The notes under the pieces: generated by a model
What the model was told of the DNA's origin: nothing
The model's database searches: none
What the model saw: the letters and a program-made list of their open reading frames with translations, nothing else
Assembly: GCA_026023565.1 (NCBI GenBank)
Contig: JAPETS010000036.1
Span: forward strand, 62,001 to 126,000
Reading direction: 5' to 3'
DNA from: Cirrosporium novae-zelandiae
Taxonomy: Eukaryota
DNA length: 64,000 nt
Translations under genes and position numbers: made by a program
Part shown: piece after piece, positions 26,187 to 39,134 of the stretch
Layout of the letters: each line of letters opens with the position of its first letter
How positions within the stretch are numbered: position 1 is the first letter of the stretch

Positions 26187-27018
26187 GGGTGTTGAGGTGT
26201 TGAGTATGTATGTGTGTATGGGACCAGAAGGTCCCTCGTATTTTAAGGTGAAGTAATTGTAGTGGAAAGTTCAAGCTTTGTCTGTCTGGAGATCGTTGAA
26301 AACCAATTACTTCAGGTTTGACTTTTTGGGGTTAATTGTCACTTTTAGAAGAATGTTTCCTGTAGATTTTGATTGAAAGAGTTGATGTTGGTGAATGAGG
26401 GCGAGGGAAATATGTGTTGTGGATGTGTTTGTGGTAAGTGGTGAGCTTGATGGACTTGAAGCTTGAAAGCTTGGGGGATATTGGCCCGACTTGGAGCTAA
26501 GCCTAGTTGGGCGGTTTGCGACAGCTTGAGCTTGACTTCTTCTCCTTGGATAACTATGTCCTCAAGAGACTAGGTGCTGCATCTGTCTATGGATTCTTTA
26601 AATCCCCACCTCTACGTCAATACTACAAAGTACTTACATGTAGTAGCTTAGGACTAGAAAACCAAGATCATATCAAAAACATATTTTGAAATATAGCATG
26701 CTGCACAGCTACCTACCACCTTTAACAATATTCATATCAATTCCACACAGCTGCAAATATCTCGAAAATATGGTTTTTGTATTATTCGAAAATAAGTCTA
26801 AAATGATATGTGCTCATGTGTGGGATGCAATATCAACAAAAATATTGTTTCGCAGGACCTCCTTCATTATCCTAGCTTTCCATTAAAAATACCATACAAT
26901 CGTTGGGGGGCCTTCTTGGCCATTACCACAGATAAAACTGCATGATTGGGGTTCTTGAACTTAGTATCCTATGTATACGCCCGCTTTCCGGGTTGGTTCG
27001 GTTTGGTCATTTATTTCC

Positions 27019-28380
27019 TTAGGAGCAGGTGGATGGAAATTTCCTGTCCGTCAGGGGTTGTGGGAAAATTCCAGCATCAATCAGAGCAAGGAAATCCCAC
27101 TCAGCGACCTGTCTCTCGGTCTTGAAGTTCCAAAACACCCATCCGTCTGTTCCTTCCTCAAAGACATCCAACTGTGTCTCAATATACCTTCTGACATCAT
27201 CACCGTAGGTCGAGTTCCAGGAAGAAATAGAGTTGATGCCGCTGCAGGAGGCAACGTAGCTGCTGTCCGGATAGGTGCCGTCGTAGCGAGCCCCTATGCC
27301 ATAGCCGTTGAGATAGAGAGCACAGTCTGTCAACGCAGCTGACCATTCACCAACAACATGCCAGTGGTCTGAAGAGGTGTACGAGGAAGCAGCACTACAG
27401 ACATATTCCGCATGTTCATCTGCAGACATCGCGACCTCCTCGTCTGTGAAGACCTGGTATTCGTGGTGGTCAATAATTACTAGATTCAAGTTAGCGGCCG
27501 ATAATTACTCGCATTAGAACGGGGCTCTCTACCATGAGTTGCATCATTATCCGATGGCATCAAGAAGCCGGTCCAGTAATCTGCATCTTTGAAAGCATCA
27601 TGGAGCATTATGGGGGTATCGCTGACATCCCTGACAAGCTCATACCCACTGTCATAGAACCCCTTAAGAACATCTCCAGTATCGGCATCGGCCAGGCTCA
27701 CCAAAAGAGGTTCGTTCAGCAATTCAATGGCGACAACAACGTCCTGGTACTGAGCACTGGCATACTTGGTAGCGATTAATTCGATTACGGCCAAAGTTTC
27801 ATTAACACTGTCATCCCCTTCCCAGCCTGGTGTGTCCATCTTTTGGCCAGAATTATCAAATCCATTTTGGCTCAATGGGGCACCATGCAGATCGACCCAA
27901 GCCTTCAGGCCAGTTTGTCTGCACCATTCAAGCGCCTTGTCGAGAAATACCTGTGCACCCTGAATATAAGGATCGTTAAACTTCTGGAAAGCCCAATAAC
28001 CAATAGGTATCCGAACGGTATTTATCCCTGCGGCGGCGATCTTTTGGAAGTCTTCAAAGGTTGCAAATGTTTCCCAATGTTCAAGGAGAATGAGGGGGGC
28101 GGTGGGGACATTTTGGCAGAGGGTGTATTCATCAACGACAGATCCATCTTGGGCTTCAAAGATGGAAGGTGTAATCCATGGCTCGAGAACGAGCCAGCCT
28201 CCGATATTGACTCCCCGTACAGTCTCTTGGCCCCAGTTGAAAGCATCGCGTCTAATTAATGGAGACCTATCGAAGGATGTATAAGTATACCAAGGATCTG
28301 TGATGAGTATGGAGGATGGAAACATACCCGAAAGCAACGCCTGAAGCAAGGACGGCAGATATGAAAGTCTTGGAAAACAT
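27019..28380 (-). CDS. EXG1: Secreted exo-beta-1,3-glucanase, GH5 (Exg1-like)
   Basis: Signal peptide MFSKTFISAVLASGVAFG, an intron, then SPLIRR (Kex2-like site). Also VRGVNIGGWLVLEPWITPS, RIPIGYW, DLHGAP.SQNGFDNSG, catalytic NEP and GEWS. Second intron about 27480-27531. Confidence 0.92.
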
Positions 28381-31363
28381 TTTGGTGGTTTAAAGAGTGT
28401 AGGTTGTAATATAGGTTCAGAATAGAGACTTGATAATAACGACAAGAGTCGAGTAGACTCTGGGATTCGGTCTTCCTGGACGGCACTGGACCGGAGAGGC
28501 TCAATTAAGATAGCAAGAGAAAAGTATATCTAGAAAATATCAGACGAACGAAAAGGAACAAGAACGAGAGTTGTTTCGAACGAAGGATAGATAAGTAAAG
28601 ATGAAGAAAGACTTGCGAGAAACAAGAATTAATATTAACCAAGGAGGGAAAGTATACAGCACATGAAGAAGGGAAATTGAAGTGGAGATATTAGATAATG
28701 AGGCCTACTACCATCTGCAAGCTTGCAAGCTTGCTCATGGTGGGTCTATCCAATCCCGACTGAGATAATTGCAGCAGCAATCTTTCAAGGTTCGACTTAG
28801 AATCATTAATTACCGGGGGCTGTGTTGTCAGGTTTGTCAGGTTTAGCAGACGGGCAACCAGGAACAGGAAAAGAAACAAGCAAAGGACATGACATATCTG
28901 TACAGCTAGCTATACAGCGAACTGAGTTCTCGGAGGATTGAGTACAAGTGTAGATGTCTTGAAACAACCAAGAAGGAGTTAGAAGAGGATTTGGCCATTC
29001 GGGAGAGAAAGAAATCCCCCATCGCCACAGAGGCTATCTTGATAAACCTAGCAATCTCGCCAACCCCAACGGCTCCACGTTTAGTTGTTCTACTCAGCAA
29101 AAGTTGGAAGGATGACGAAGGAACCCCTGGCATTATTACCATTTGATGGACATTACTATTACATCCCGGGTTAGTAAACATTGCTCTTCTTTTTACCGGC
29201 AGAGCTTGGCAGGTCTTTGCAAACAAGAGGATCCCAACAACAGAAGCTACTTATTAGTAAACTATTTAGCATCGAAAGAGCTCATAGGGAGAAGGAAAGT
29301 AGTCTACTCAACTCAAGGATTAAGCTGGCCTGGTTGACACTTTATCAAACTTTAAGAAAACAACCAATCTCTTTTTGATACTCCTTCTTTGATTCATTCT
29401 TACTCCTTCTGCCAGCAACGTCGCTTTGGAATTGTTTTTCTCTTTCTGATTATCCATGAACAAAAATGGGCTGTCAAAATGTACGGTGTGACGACTATCA
29501 AGTTGGTAAACATGTTGGGATTGCTGGAAGCTGGCCAACCTGAGGTTGTTGGTTTCTCCAATGATCAACGATCGGCAAGTACATGAGGCTAGTGGACCCG
29601 CGATGATGGTGATGGTGATGGTGGTGGTGGGTGGTGGGTGGTGGTGGCAACCCAATGTCTAGGACGCCCAAGACGCCTTTTCACCGGTCTTGCAGGCCCG
29701 AGTGGGGGGATTCAAAGGCGGTACCCTTCCCGAATTCCCGAGTTTATACATGCAGAAAAAATAATGTCTACATATACCCAGGTAATCATCATACCATTCA
29801 TCCAGAGAGTGCGTTTACATTACATCCATCTACCTCTCCTTGGAAATATTCTACATGGGAGAAATTCTTGGAGCATTATTATGATTATTATGGCTATTAT
29901 CATTATCACAATTATCAACATACAACGGAGCAGAGCCATAATTTAACCATACATTGTAAATTAAAATACTAAAATACGTAAACACGCCGTTCCGCAAATC
30001 ATCGAACCTTGATGGACAAAATGGCTACGAACCCTCGTTTTATATTTAGAAACAAAGCCACCGTAATAATTAATTCATATTCTGATATACCACCTTAACC
30101 CTATCATCATCCCAACGTTATTCGCCATTGACGCAAACTACTTTTCTGCTGTGTACACCATCCAGATCTGCACATGTCGTGCATGTATATCTTTTTGAAT
30201 CATCCAGCCCAGACTGCGCTCCCCTGAAATATAATTAAAAAGTACATCCCTAGTCTTTTTTTAAGACATAAAGAGCGGGCCCTTTGGCCAAACTTGGAGT
30301 TCTTTTGCTCAAGGGGTTCAGAGGCTCATTCAATGTACAGCCGACAATAACTATAGGACCTGTCTGTGTACATGTGTATCCAAGCAGGAAATCGAGAAAT
30401 GTAATAACGGGAAAGATACGACCTCGTGTCTGACTGAGCTCGTAACCTTTTAGCTGTATGGATATTTCTCGTGTGGGATGACAAGGTACATTAGCATTTT
30501 AGGGTCTTCACCTCATTATTAGACCCAACTATCTAAATTCTAGATGGAGGATACTGATAATAGCAACCCAAAAACATTTCATCTCGGATCATATCTGTGA
30601 AGCTTGACAAGTGAAGCTTGATAGGTGAAGCTCCATCATATGATTCAGCTTCCATCCAGACCAGCCACCGGCCAAGGGAACACGAAAGTGATGAAGACAC
30701 AGCCTCTCATAGGTGCGTCTTCCGGTGCTTCTTCCAGTACTTTCGCCCTACACCTGCATACTGCCAATGTGAACATGATTGAGAGACATAGCTGGATATG
30801 AGTGGCCTTTCTTAGCTCCATCGCTGTAAACCCTTCGAATGGTGTGAGGACGTTGTAATCGCTTGCTATTCTTGAAATAGAGCGAGATACTTGCGTGGTC
30901 ATCGTATTGTTCACCGTCTTCACATGAATGTGGTCGTGGCGAGGGTGTGCATTCACGTTACAGGGCGAGTTAAATCATTAGAGACTTTGCTACATCTGAG
31001 CGTCTAAGATCAGCCCGCAAAATATAACTCGAACCGCCAAATCCAGGCCATATAAAATAATATCCCAGTCCAATATCATCGCCACATTAAAGTACCATGT
31101 ACCATCCATGGCACCAAATTTCTCATATCTCATATCTACTCCGAACATTGTGGAGTGGGTTATATCCATAGATCGCTGTAATTGTTATTTTTAACCGTGA
31201 AACATGATCTTGTTGATTCTGGGGTCCTGAATATTTTTAACATACCGGCCTTGAGCACCGGCACCTTTCATAATTAACTGAAGGACTAGTCCCGCCCATA
31301 GTGAGGACATTTGCAAATGCCAAATAGACACAAACCCATAATTACAAAGCTATTTCCGAGTCC

Positions 31364-34300
31364 TTAGTCCTCATCATCGCCATCATTGTCTTCAGTCTCA
31401 CTAGCCCTTTCAGCCATCTCATCGTTCTCCTTGTCTTTCCCTTTTTTATTCTTCCTATTAACCAGCCTATTCCATGACCTGCTTCCCCGGTTACTCCGAT
31501 CCACCGAATGCGCAGAACTTGCCACACTGTCAACACTCTTGCCTGCATCTCCATACAGCGAGGAACTAGCAGCTTGTTGTCCTTCTTCTGGAGTCTCCAC
31601 CTGCTCACCAACCTTTTTGTTGGCCTTAGACCAGGGCATATTAAACTTACTGTAACTAGACTTGCGGGTGAGCTTTTGGATGAAGGAATCTCTGTTGCTG
31701 TTGCTCGTATAGGATGCAGACAAGGGTGCTTCGAAGGACGGCGTGCCCGACGTTGTACGTTCAAGCGAGTTTCGCGACTGCTCGGAGGTCGAAGGGACAG
31801 TTACAAGTGAGCGACCGTCGTGAGAACGATGCGATTTGGGCGAAACCTCAAATTGTGCAAGCGTGTCATGCAAATCATCACCGTCCTGTGGAATGGGGTT
31901 GTGCGGTTCCTTGTTTGCGGTCTCTTTGGCTTCCTTGTCAGACCTTTTGCTTTCACGCTTGAATAAACTAAACGAAGGAGCCTTCGGATTCAATGTTCTC
32001 TGACGCGGGGTACCGATTGGCGGTTGCTCATGATGATAATGTCCCTCTTGGTCTTCAATAATATCATCATCTAGTGGCAAGTGAGTGGTAGATGAACCGT
32101 ATTGAATCGATTGCCGACGAGATTGACTGCGGGAGAACGCATCTGATGCCCAACCAAATGCAGAGCCCCCATGAGCACCCAAATGATCGCTTGGTGGCCA
32201 TCCGAAAGGCTGAGTCTCTGTAGATGCCCTGAGCACACTTTCCTGGGAGAGCGTTGAAGGGGGCCTTGGTGAAGGCGCTTTGCTATGTAATGGAGACCCT
32301 ATAGGCCCGAAAGAAGGTTCATATTTACTACCAAACAGGTTCAAAGGGCTTCTCCTAGAAAGTACCGAAGAACGGTCACCGATATTATGCCCTATTCCAG
32401 ATCCCCTAGACCAAAGGCTGGAAAGTGAATTTGTAAAGCCTCCGGCACTGCCTCTACGAGGACGGGTGTCTGCAAATGGAAAGTCTGGTTGCTCAAGATT
32501 CCGAGGAAATGATTGGCTTTGGCCACTTTTAAGCGAGCCGAGTATAGGCGGTTCTGCAGAAACAGTCTTTCCCCGTTGTCGATTAAACCCGAAGATATTG
32601 GCGAACCTCTTGGAATGACGAGTACTCTCAGCGTGATCTACCTCACCCAAAGCGTTGTTTGAGCGAATGGACAGCACATCACCTTGTACATTTCGATCTG
32701 GTCGAATTGGGAAAGATAATTTGCTTGTACTAGTCTGAGGACTGGCAATCCCACTGGCCGAAGGGCTGCTAGGAGAATCTGGGGACTGAGATGTCGAGTT
32801 GAAGTTCTCTGCTCCAGATAGGCCTGCAGCTGGTACCAGCCTGCTAATAAACGGTGATCTGCCAAGTGGTAGGGAGCTAGCTGTCGAGGGCCTTGGGCGT
32901 GAAAGAAAGAAGTCTTCGGTGGGACGTGATATTGGAAGATCCTCGTGTACTCGCGAAATTGGGGTTTCATCATCTCCATCATCGCCTGTATCGCCAAGTA
33001 GCCCGGATGGAAGGAGGGAATCTGCGGTTGGGCTCATTGGCATACCATCAAAAGAGGAGTCCTCATGGCTCTGAAATATCGGTCGATCCGCTGGCATAGG
33101 GATGGTAAAACTATTACTAATACTGTGGTTAAATCCATAATAGGAAGGGGTAGGGAATGTCGGCGAGATAGTCGATATATTATCTAGCCCATGAGAACTG
33201 GAGTAGGAGTCGTGGATCGGAAAGCTTCCCGGTTGAGATGACATCGTACTGGCTCGAGATCTTCTTTGTATATTTCGACGTACTCTTGCAGTCATGGCGG
33301 AAGGGTCAAAGTCCATGACAGGGCTAGCTGTAATATGATCTGGCTGACTGCTACGACGCTGGAGAAGCCATTGAAGAGCTTGCGAGGCTTGTTCACGCTC
33401 TTCAAGGGAGTGTTGTAATGCTTTATGCATCGAAACGTATTTACTTTGAAGATCCTTGAACCTAGCATCCCATTGAAAGTCCTTCTCTTTTACCATCTGA
33501 TCAATCTCGTAAGCTTCAGTGTCTTCTATGTTTTCACCAGTGTGCTTTTTCTGGTCTTCAAGTTCGTGAAGTTGAACGCCTTTTACGCGAATATCTTCTT
33601 CAAGACTCCTGATTGCTGATTGGTTGTCATCTAAGATCTTTTTTAGCGTCTCCAATTTGCTTGCTGTCTCTTGTTCCAACTTTGCTTTCTCTTCTTTTAG
33701 CCCCCGGGTCTGTTCCTTGATAATCTCGATCTCCTTTCCCCACCTAGCCAAGTCTTCTCTCATATTTTTTCTTTCATCCTCTTTCTGCTCTAGAACCTTT
33801 TCCGTGGCTGTCTTGTTGCTCTGCGCTGCTCGATTGATGCTGTTAAGATTTGCAAGCTCCTTCTTTAGTTTACTGCTTGCTTCCTCTTTATCTTTAAGAG
33901 CCTGTTTTAGGCTGCTACGCTGCTTTTGCAAAGCTTCCATTTCTTCCTGATAGTCTATTTCCTCTTTTGCTATCTGCTCCTCAATATCCTCTGTCTCTTG
34001 TTGCAAAGTTTTGAGTTTCGCAGTAAGCTCTTGAATGGAAATGCCAACTTCGTCAAGTCTAGCATCCGTTTCGGACTGTCTGCGACTGCCTGAATCAATA
34101 TTTACAGCAGCAGGCGAGTTCCTCCGTCCTAAAGACCGTCTCCCGCTACTCAAAGCATTCCCACCTTCTCGGATCACGGCGGACGTCGCGGCCGGCGTGA
34201 ATAACTCGACAGGAGGGGCCTGGGGTCGAACTCCAGGATAGCGGTCTTCTTGCGCGCCATGGTTTGAAATAGTGTGCGACTGTCTAGTACTGGATCCGGG

Positions 34301-34895
34301 ATTGTCACATGTTCGCGGAGGAGATGTTTGTAATCGAATCAATGAACCCGATGTTTGAAAGTCGGCAGAGTTGACAGAAATTACGCGAATATTATAGAGG
34401 TTACCTGGGTTCAAGCCATAGACGGTGATAGTAGTTTCGGACCTGGATGTCTCTCCCACTATAACAGGTCAAATTAGATGCTGTGGATACTTTGAATTGT
34501 TACTTGTCACGTACCATTGATACCATTCACCTGTATTATATGTTTGGCGGTAGAATTGTGTGCTTCCGGAGGCTTCCAAGTAAGATCGATTTCAGTGTCG
34601 CGAATTCCGGTCAATGATACATCAGGTGGCGGGGGAACGTCGAGCCCGAGAAGATCACCAAGTTCTGCAGCGGGTTTTTGGACAATTTGTAGACCACGAA
34701 ATAGAAGCCTAAATTGGCTTGCATTAACATTCTATTCAATGCACCAGGCATGATGAAGGAGTGATCTGATACAGACCAGAGAAAAGCGCAAGCGGCGGGG
34801 GAATATTTGATTAAACCCTCGGACCATTTTAGAAATTGGGGGATTTGGTAGGGTAGCCATTCAAGAAAGACATCGGGGCGCCAATCGAGATCCAT
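31364..34895 (-). CDS. Conserved fungal protein with an N-terminal hydrophobic anchor, fibronectin type III domain, long coiled coil and Ser-rich tail
   Basis: Two 5' exons (..CAFLW|LLFRG..LGLDVPPPPDVSL..W.PP..QVNG) join the 1031-aa ORF starting VGET..ITVYGLNPGNLYNIRVISVN (FN3-like). About 250 aa of heptad-rich sequence follows. Confidence 0.8.
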
Positions 34896-34973
34896 TGGCA
34901 CCAAATGTGTGCTATGGGCAAAGAGGGAAGAGGGTGGGAAAAGGTCGATAGTGGAGTGGAGTTGGGATTTGAA

Positions 34974-34998
34974 GTGTGTGTGTGTGTGTGTGTGTGTG
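34974..34998. repeat. (GT/CA)12 microsatellite just upstream of the FN3 gene
   Basis: Uninterrupted GTGT.. run in the sequence. Confidence 0.95.
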
Positions 34999-35997
34999 CA
35001 CTTTGCACTGTATGTAATGAATGTAATTAATGTATGCAGAACCATCAAACAAAGCAAAGTAAAGTTGACAGCGGCAAGAATGATTTAGAGCCTCAGGCAC
35101 TGAAAGTACTTGTTAAGTTACCGTACAACGTTGAAGCCTCAAAGTTCAGGCACCAACGAAATACTTACAGTAAGTAATTAGTAGCGTCATCTATTTCATC
35201 TAATTAACTATTCCTACAACAAACCCACACAAAGCAAAAAGACAAAAAAAAAAGGGAATTAAAAAGGTACACCGCAACTATTGTTGAATCTTGAATCTTG
35301 GAATAATTCTTCTATTTTTTTTATATTTTCTTCTAACTTTTTTACACTTTCCTAGAATTGTAGCTATCAGTCCGGTGGACCTATACCGCTCTCTTGTTAT
35401 ATATTGTACAAGATGCAGGTGACAGTAATAGACAGTAAACGTTTCCTTTGGCCGAGGTTTAATATCCGCTATTCCTCTTATAGGCTGATGATGACGGCGA
35501 TGTAGCTCAATCAACCCCGTCCATATCCCCAACCTCAACCAGCTGATGTCCACATTCCCCCTTCAACATTATTTCTTCCCACCAGAACGCGACGAATACG
35601 CCGTCTCTTGTGAGCTGTTGTCCTTTGTGAACACCCGAACCATCTCATCGCCATTGATGGACTCTCAACTTTTGTTAATTCACTAAAAGACCAGCATGTT
35701 CTGTTCTTGTTCGTTCGCTAAGTTGCTTGGAGTACAGAGGCGTGAGAGGCTATCACACAGCTCGTTGGCATGTGCTTGCCCTTAAGAAGTCACGACTAAA
35801 CCACTTCTTCTTACCCGCAGCCACCTAGCTGTTTGATCTATATCTAACCAACACACATCTTTCAATCGCTTCTTCTTACGCGTCTCAATAACATTCCAGT
35901 AATTAAAAGTACTGAAAAAATATCCTTCCCTTTGCGCCCCCCAAGGCGATTCCACGGATAGCTATCTACCTTTCTACCTTTCAACCTTCCCGACAAA

Positions 35998-38536
35998 ATG
36001 CAGTACGTCAGAAGCATAAGCGGTTCTGTCTCCAAGACATGGAACTCAATCAACCCAGCTAATCTCAGTGGAGCCATCGACGTGATAGTGGTGGAACAAG
36101 AAGATGGTTAGTCTTTCGCTTCTGACCTAGGGGGCCTAAGCTGATGTATCTCTATTGCTCAGGTTCTTTGGCATGTTCGCCATTTCATGTTCGCTTTGGC
36201 AAGCGGTCTGTGTTAAGACCCTTTGAGAAGAAGGCATGTTATTACGCTCGATCTTCTGAGAGATAAAGTTTAATTATTTCTAGGTTGAGTTCAAAGTCAA
36301 CGACATCAAACAGAATTACTCGATGAAACTTGGAGAAGGTGGCGAAGCTTTTTTCGTTTTCGAGACTTCGGAGGAGATTCCTGAAGGCCTTCAAACCTCC
36401 CCATTAATGTCACCAACGACCAGCCTTCAATCTAGCCCTCAGAGCCGTCCGTCCGAAGCAGGCCCTCAGAGTCTCCCTGATCCGGATTTCCTCGACATTT
36501 CTAATAGCAGAGGAAGGAAAAATACGGCCGAGAGCAAACTTCGTGAGGAGGTTGATATCGTTTTGTCGCCCCCAAATAGTCAGGCTCCTACCGATGTTGC
36601 CAACTTTACTTCAACCGCTGGCTCCACTGATGGCTACTCTGAGCGCCCGACTACGAGTGACTCTTCCACTACCGGTCGTCCTTTATCCTTGCTAGGGAGA
36701 TCCAATTCAGACAATATTATTCCTGAAACAGTCCGAAACCATATTGATCCTGTCCCTCCTATCCTTCTCTCAAAGGCCGATATCTTCATGATCAGTCGGA
36801 ACCCACCCGATATCAGAGCTAGGTCCCCATCTCCAGAACGTGCTCATAGTCCACCTCCACTGCCCCGCGCCGAGGCTTTCAATCGTGCCGTCTCACTATC
36901 GAAGAAGCTCTCCCATTCTAACATTCGTTCACATGTTACGGAGACTGGAGACTTGATGCTCGACATGACGGGGTATAAAACAAGTGAAGAGGAAGCTTTG
37001 CGGGCCGAAGCTATAGCTCGGAGGATACTGGCAGAGGAGCTGAAAGGGAATTATGACATTGGTGCATTAATAGATGCGGATGAAAATGGTAATCTTTGGA
37101 TTTATAGTAGTGAAGAGGCAAAGGAGGCGGCTATTCGGAAAACAACCTTCCGACACGATCCTGAACGGATCGGAGATGCTGCGTCGGATCCGGGGGCTCA
37201 TAGCGACTCGGAAGATTCTGAATCTCCGATTGGGCTTTCTGAACTTCGTCGCCCTGATCGAGCTGTAACGATGCCCCCGTCCGGAATGATGACACCTCCT
37301 AAGACACCTCCGGATGGGCCTTCGGCTGGCGATCCCAACCGCAACTATGCTAAAACCTTGCGATTGACTAGTGATCAGCTTAAGGCTATGGACTTGAAAC
37401 ATGGCCAAAATTCTCTAAGCTTCACTGTGAATGGGGTAACCTGTAATGCTAACATGTATTACTGGACGTACAATGTCCCCATTGTTATCTCTGATATTGA
37501 TGGGACTATTACTAAATCAGATACTCTTGGCCATGTGCTAACAATGATTGGCCGTGATTGGACCCATCCAGGTGTAGCAAGGCTCTATACTGATATTGTG
37601 GCTAATGGATATAACGTTCTTTATTTGACGAGTCGTTCTGTTGGGCAAGCCGATATGACGCGCAACTATCTCAACGGCATTAACCAAGAGGGCTACAAGC
37701 TTCCGGCTGGTCCGGTTATCCTGAGTCCCGATCGAACCTTCACTGCCCTTAAACGCGAAGTCATTCTTCGAAAACCCGAGGTTTTCAAGATGGCGTGCCT
37801 ACGAGACATTCGTTCACTTTTCCCTCTAAACCAAAACCCTTTCTATGCCGGTTTTGGCAACCGTCTCACGGACGCCCTCAGCTATCGCTCCGTTAATATC
37901 CCCTCTACACGCATTTTCACTATCAATTTCAACGCTGAGATATCTCTCGATCTTCTCAGTCTAAACAAATATAAAAGTAGCTATATTAATATTAGCGAGG
38001 TTGTCGACCAATTCTTCCCCCCTGTTACCCTGCTTGTACCTCCCGGCGACGAGGAGTTCACTGATTTCAACTACTGGCGTGATGCTCCTCTGGACGTGGA
38101 TGATTTCTCGGCGAGTGAAGACGAGGATGAGGATGGTACCGAAGATAAAGACGAAGAAGCTGATCGCAGAAGCATTGTAAGTGAAGATGAAGGAAGTGAA
38201 GAATCCGACCTGGATGAGCGAGTTGATGAAATGGGCGAGAGTTACTTTGAGCGCGAAGAAGGCGACGAAACGGATCCCCTGGTGGACTCCATCATGGAGA
38301 GCGTGGAGGGTGGGGATGAATACGAGGAGGGTCTTGATGAGGGCGAAGATGCATTGCTCGAAAGTACATTCTCCGAAAGCGGAGAGGTTGCTCGTCGGAG
38401 TCTCGAGAGCCAAACCCAAGGACTGAATGAGAACGACGAGTATGTTGATGCGGAGGGTGAGGATTTGGATGAGACAATAACAGAGGATACTATGGGTGAA
38501 CTCTCGTCACAGGCTGAGGCTTTGAAGGTCAGGTAG
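35998..38536 (+). CDS. PAH1: Lipin / phosphatidate phosphatase (Pah1/Ned1/Smp2)
   Basis: N-LIP: MQYVRS..WNSINPANLSGAIDVIVVEQEDG..CSPFHVRFGK..MKLGEGGEAFF. C-LIP/LNS2 with catalytic DIDGT and YAGFGNR. Acidic tail. Introns 36107-36162 and 36234-36283 (GC-AG). Confidence 0.95.
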
Positions 38537-39134
38537 AATCTCTAGGGGACAGGTTCTGAACGCTAGAGAATTGTACGATTAAAACGACCATTGATTGGAT
38601 AGCGTTGGCGATAGATGGAGAAGGGGTGCATTTGGGTTGGGGTGGGTGTCGGGGTTTAAAGATTGGAGTGCTGTTATATTTCGAGCTTGCATATGCATTT
38701 GCAGGCGTCTTGTATTACTTGACTGATTTGGGGGCTATGGCTGGGGCATACTAGAGGCGAAAGTATTTGTGGGGTGTACTACTAGGAGTTTTGGGGGATT
38801 ATTTGCAGGACTAGAGGTTCTAGATTTCTTGATCACTGCCGGCCTTCAACCCTGGTAGCAAATCACGCTATTAAATTCACTTCTCTATCTCTCCGAATAT
38901 AGCAACCCACACCTGTGCCCGTGACTGACTGTAACTATAGCATTTCACATAACACCCTACAATTATTCTGCTACGCCTTGACATGATACAATTCTTTGTT
39001 ATCAAGCAAGGCTTATTTATTGGCAGCACTTGGAAGGATGGCGCGAAAGCGACGCCGTGCATGATGTAACCCAATATTCTTCAGGACGACTAGAGCCCGA
39101 CCTAAACAACCATTAGCGACCATGTTCTAGTACT

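Noticed and set aside
25564..26274. 236-aa alternative-frame ORF overlapping TAF9
   Set aside because: Low-complexity Pro/Arg-rich by-product of GC-rich, stop-poor sequence.
28500..31300. Many 60-113 aa ORFs in the EXG1 / FN3 intergenic region, including 30645-30956
   Set aside because: No recognisable domains or consistent splice model; the region looks like promoter and UTR sequence with simple repeats.
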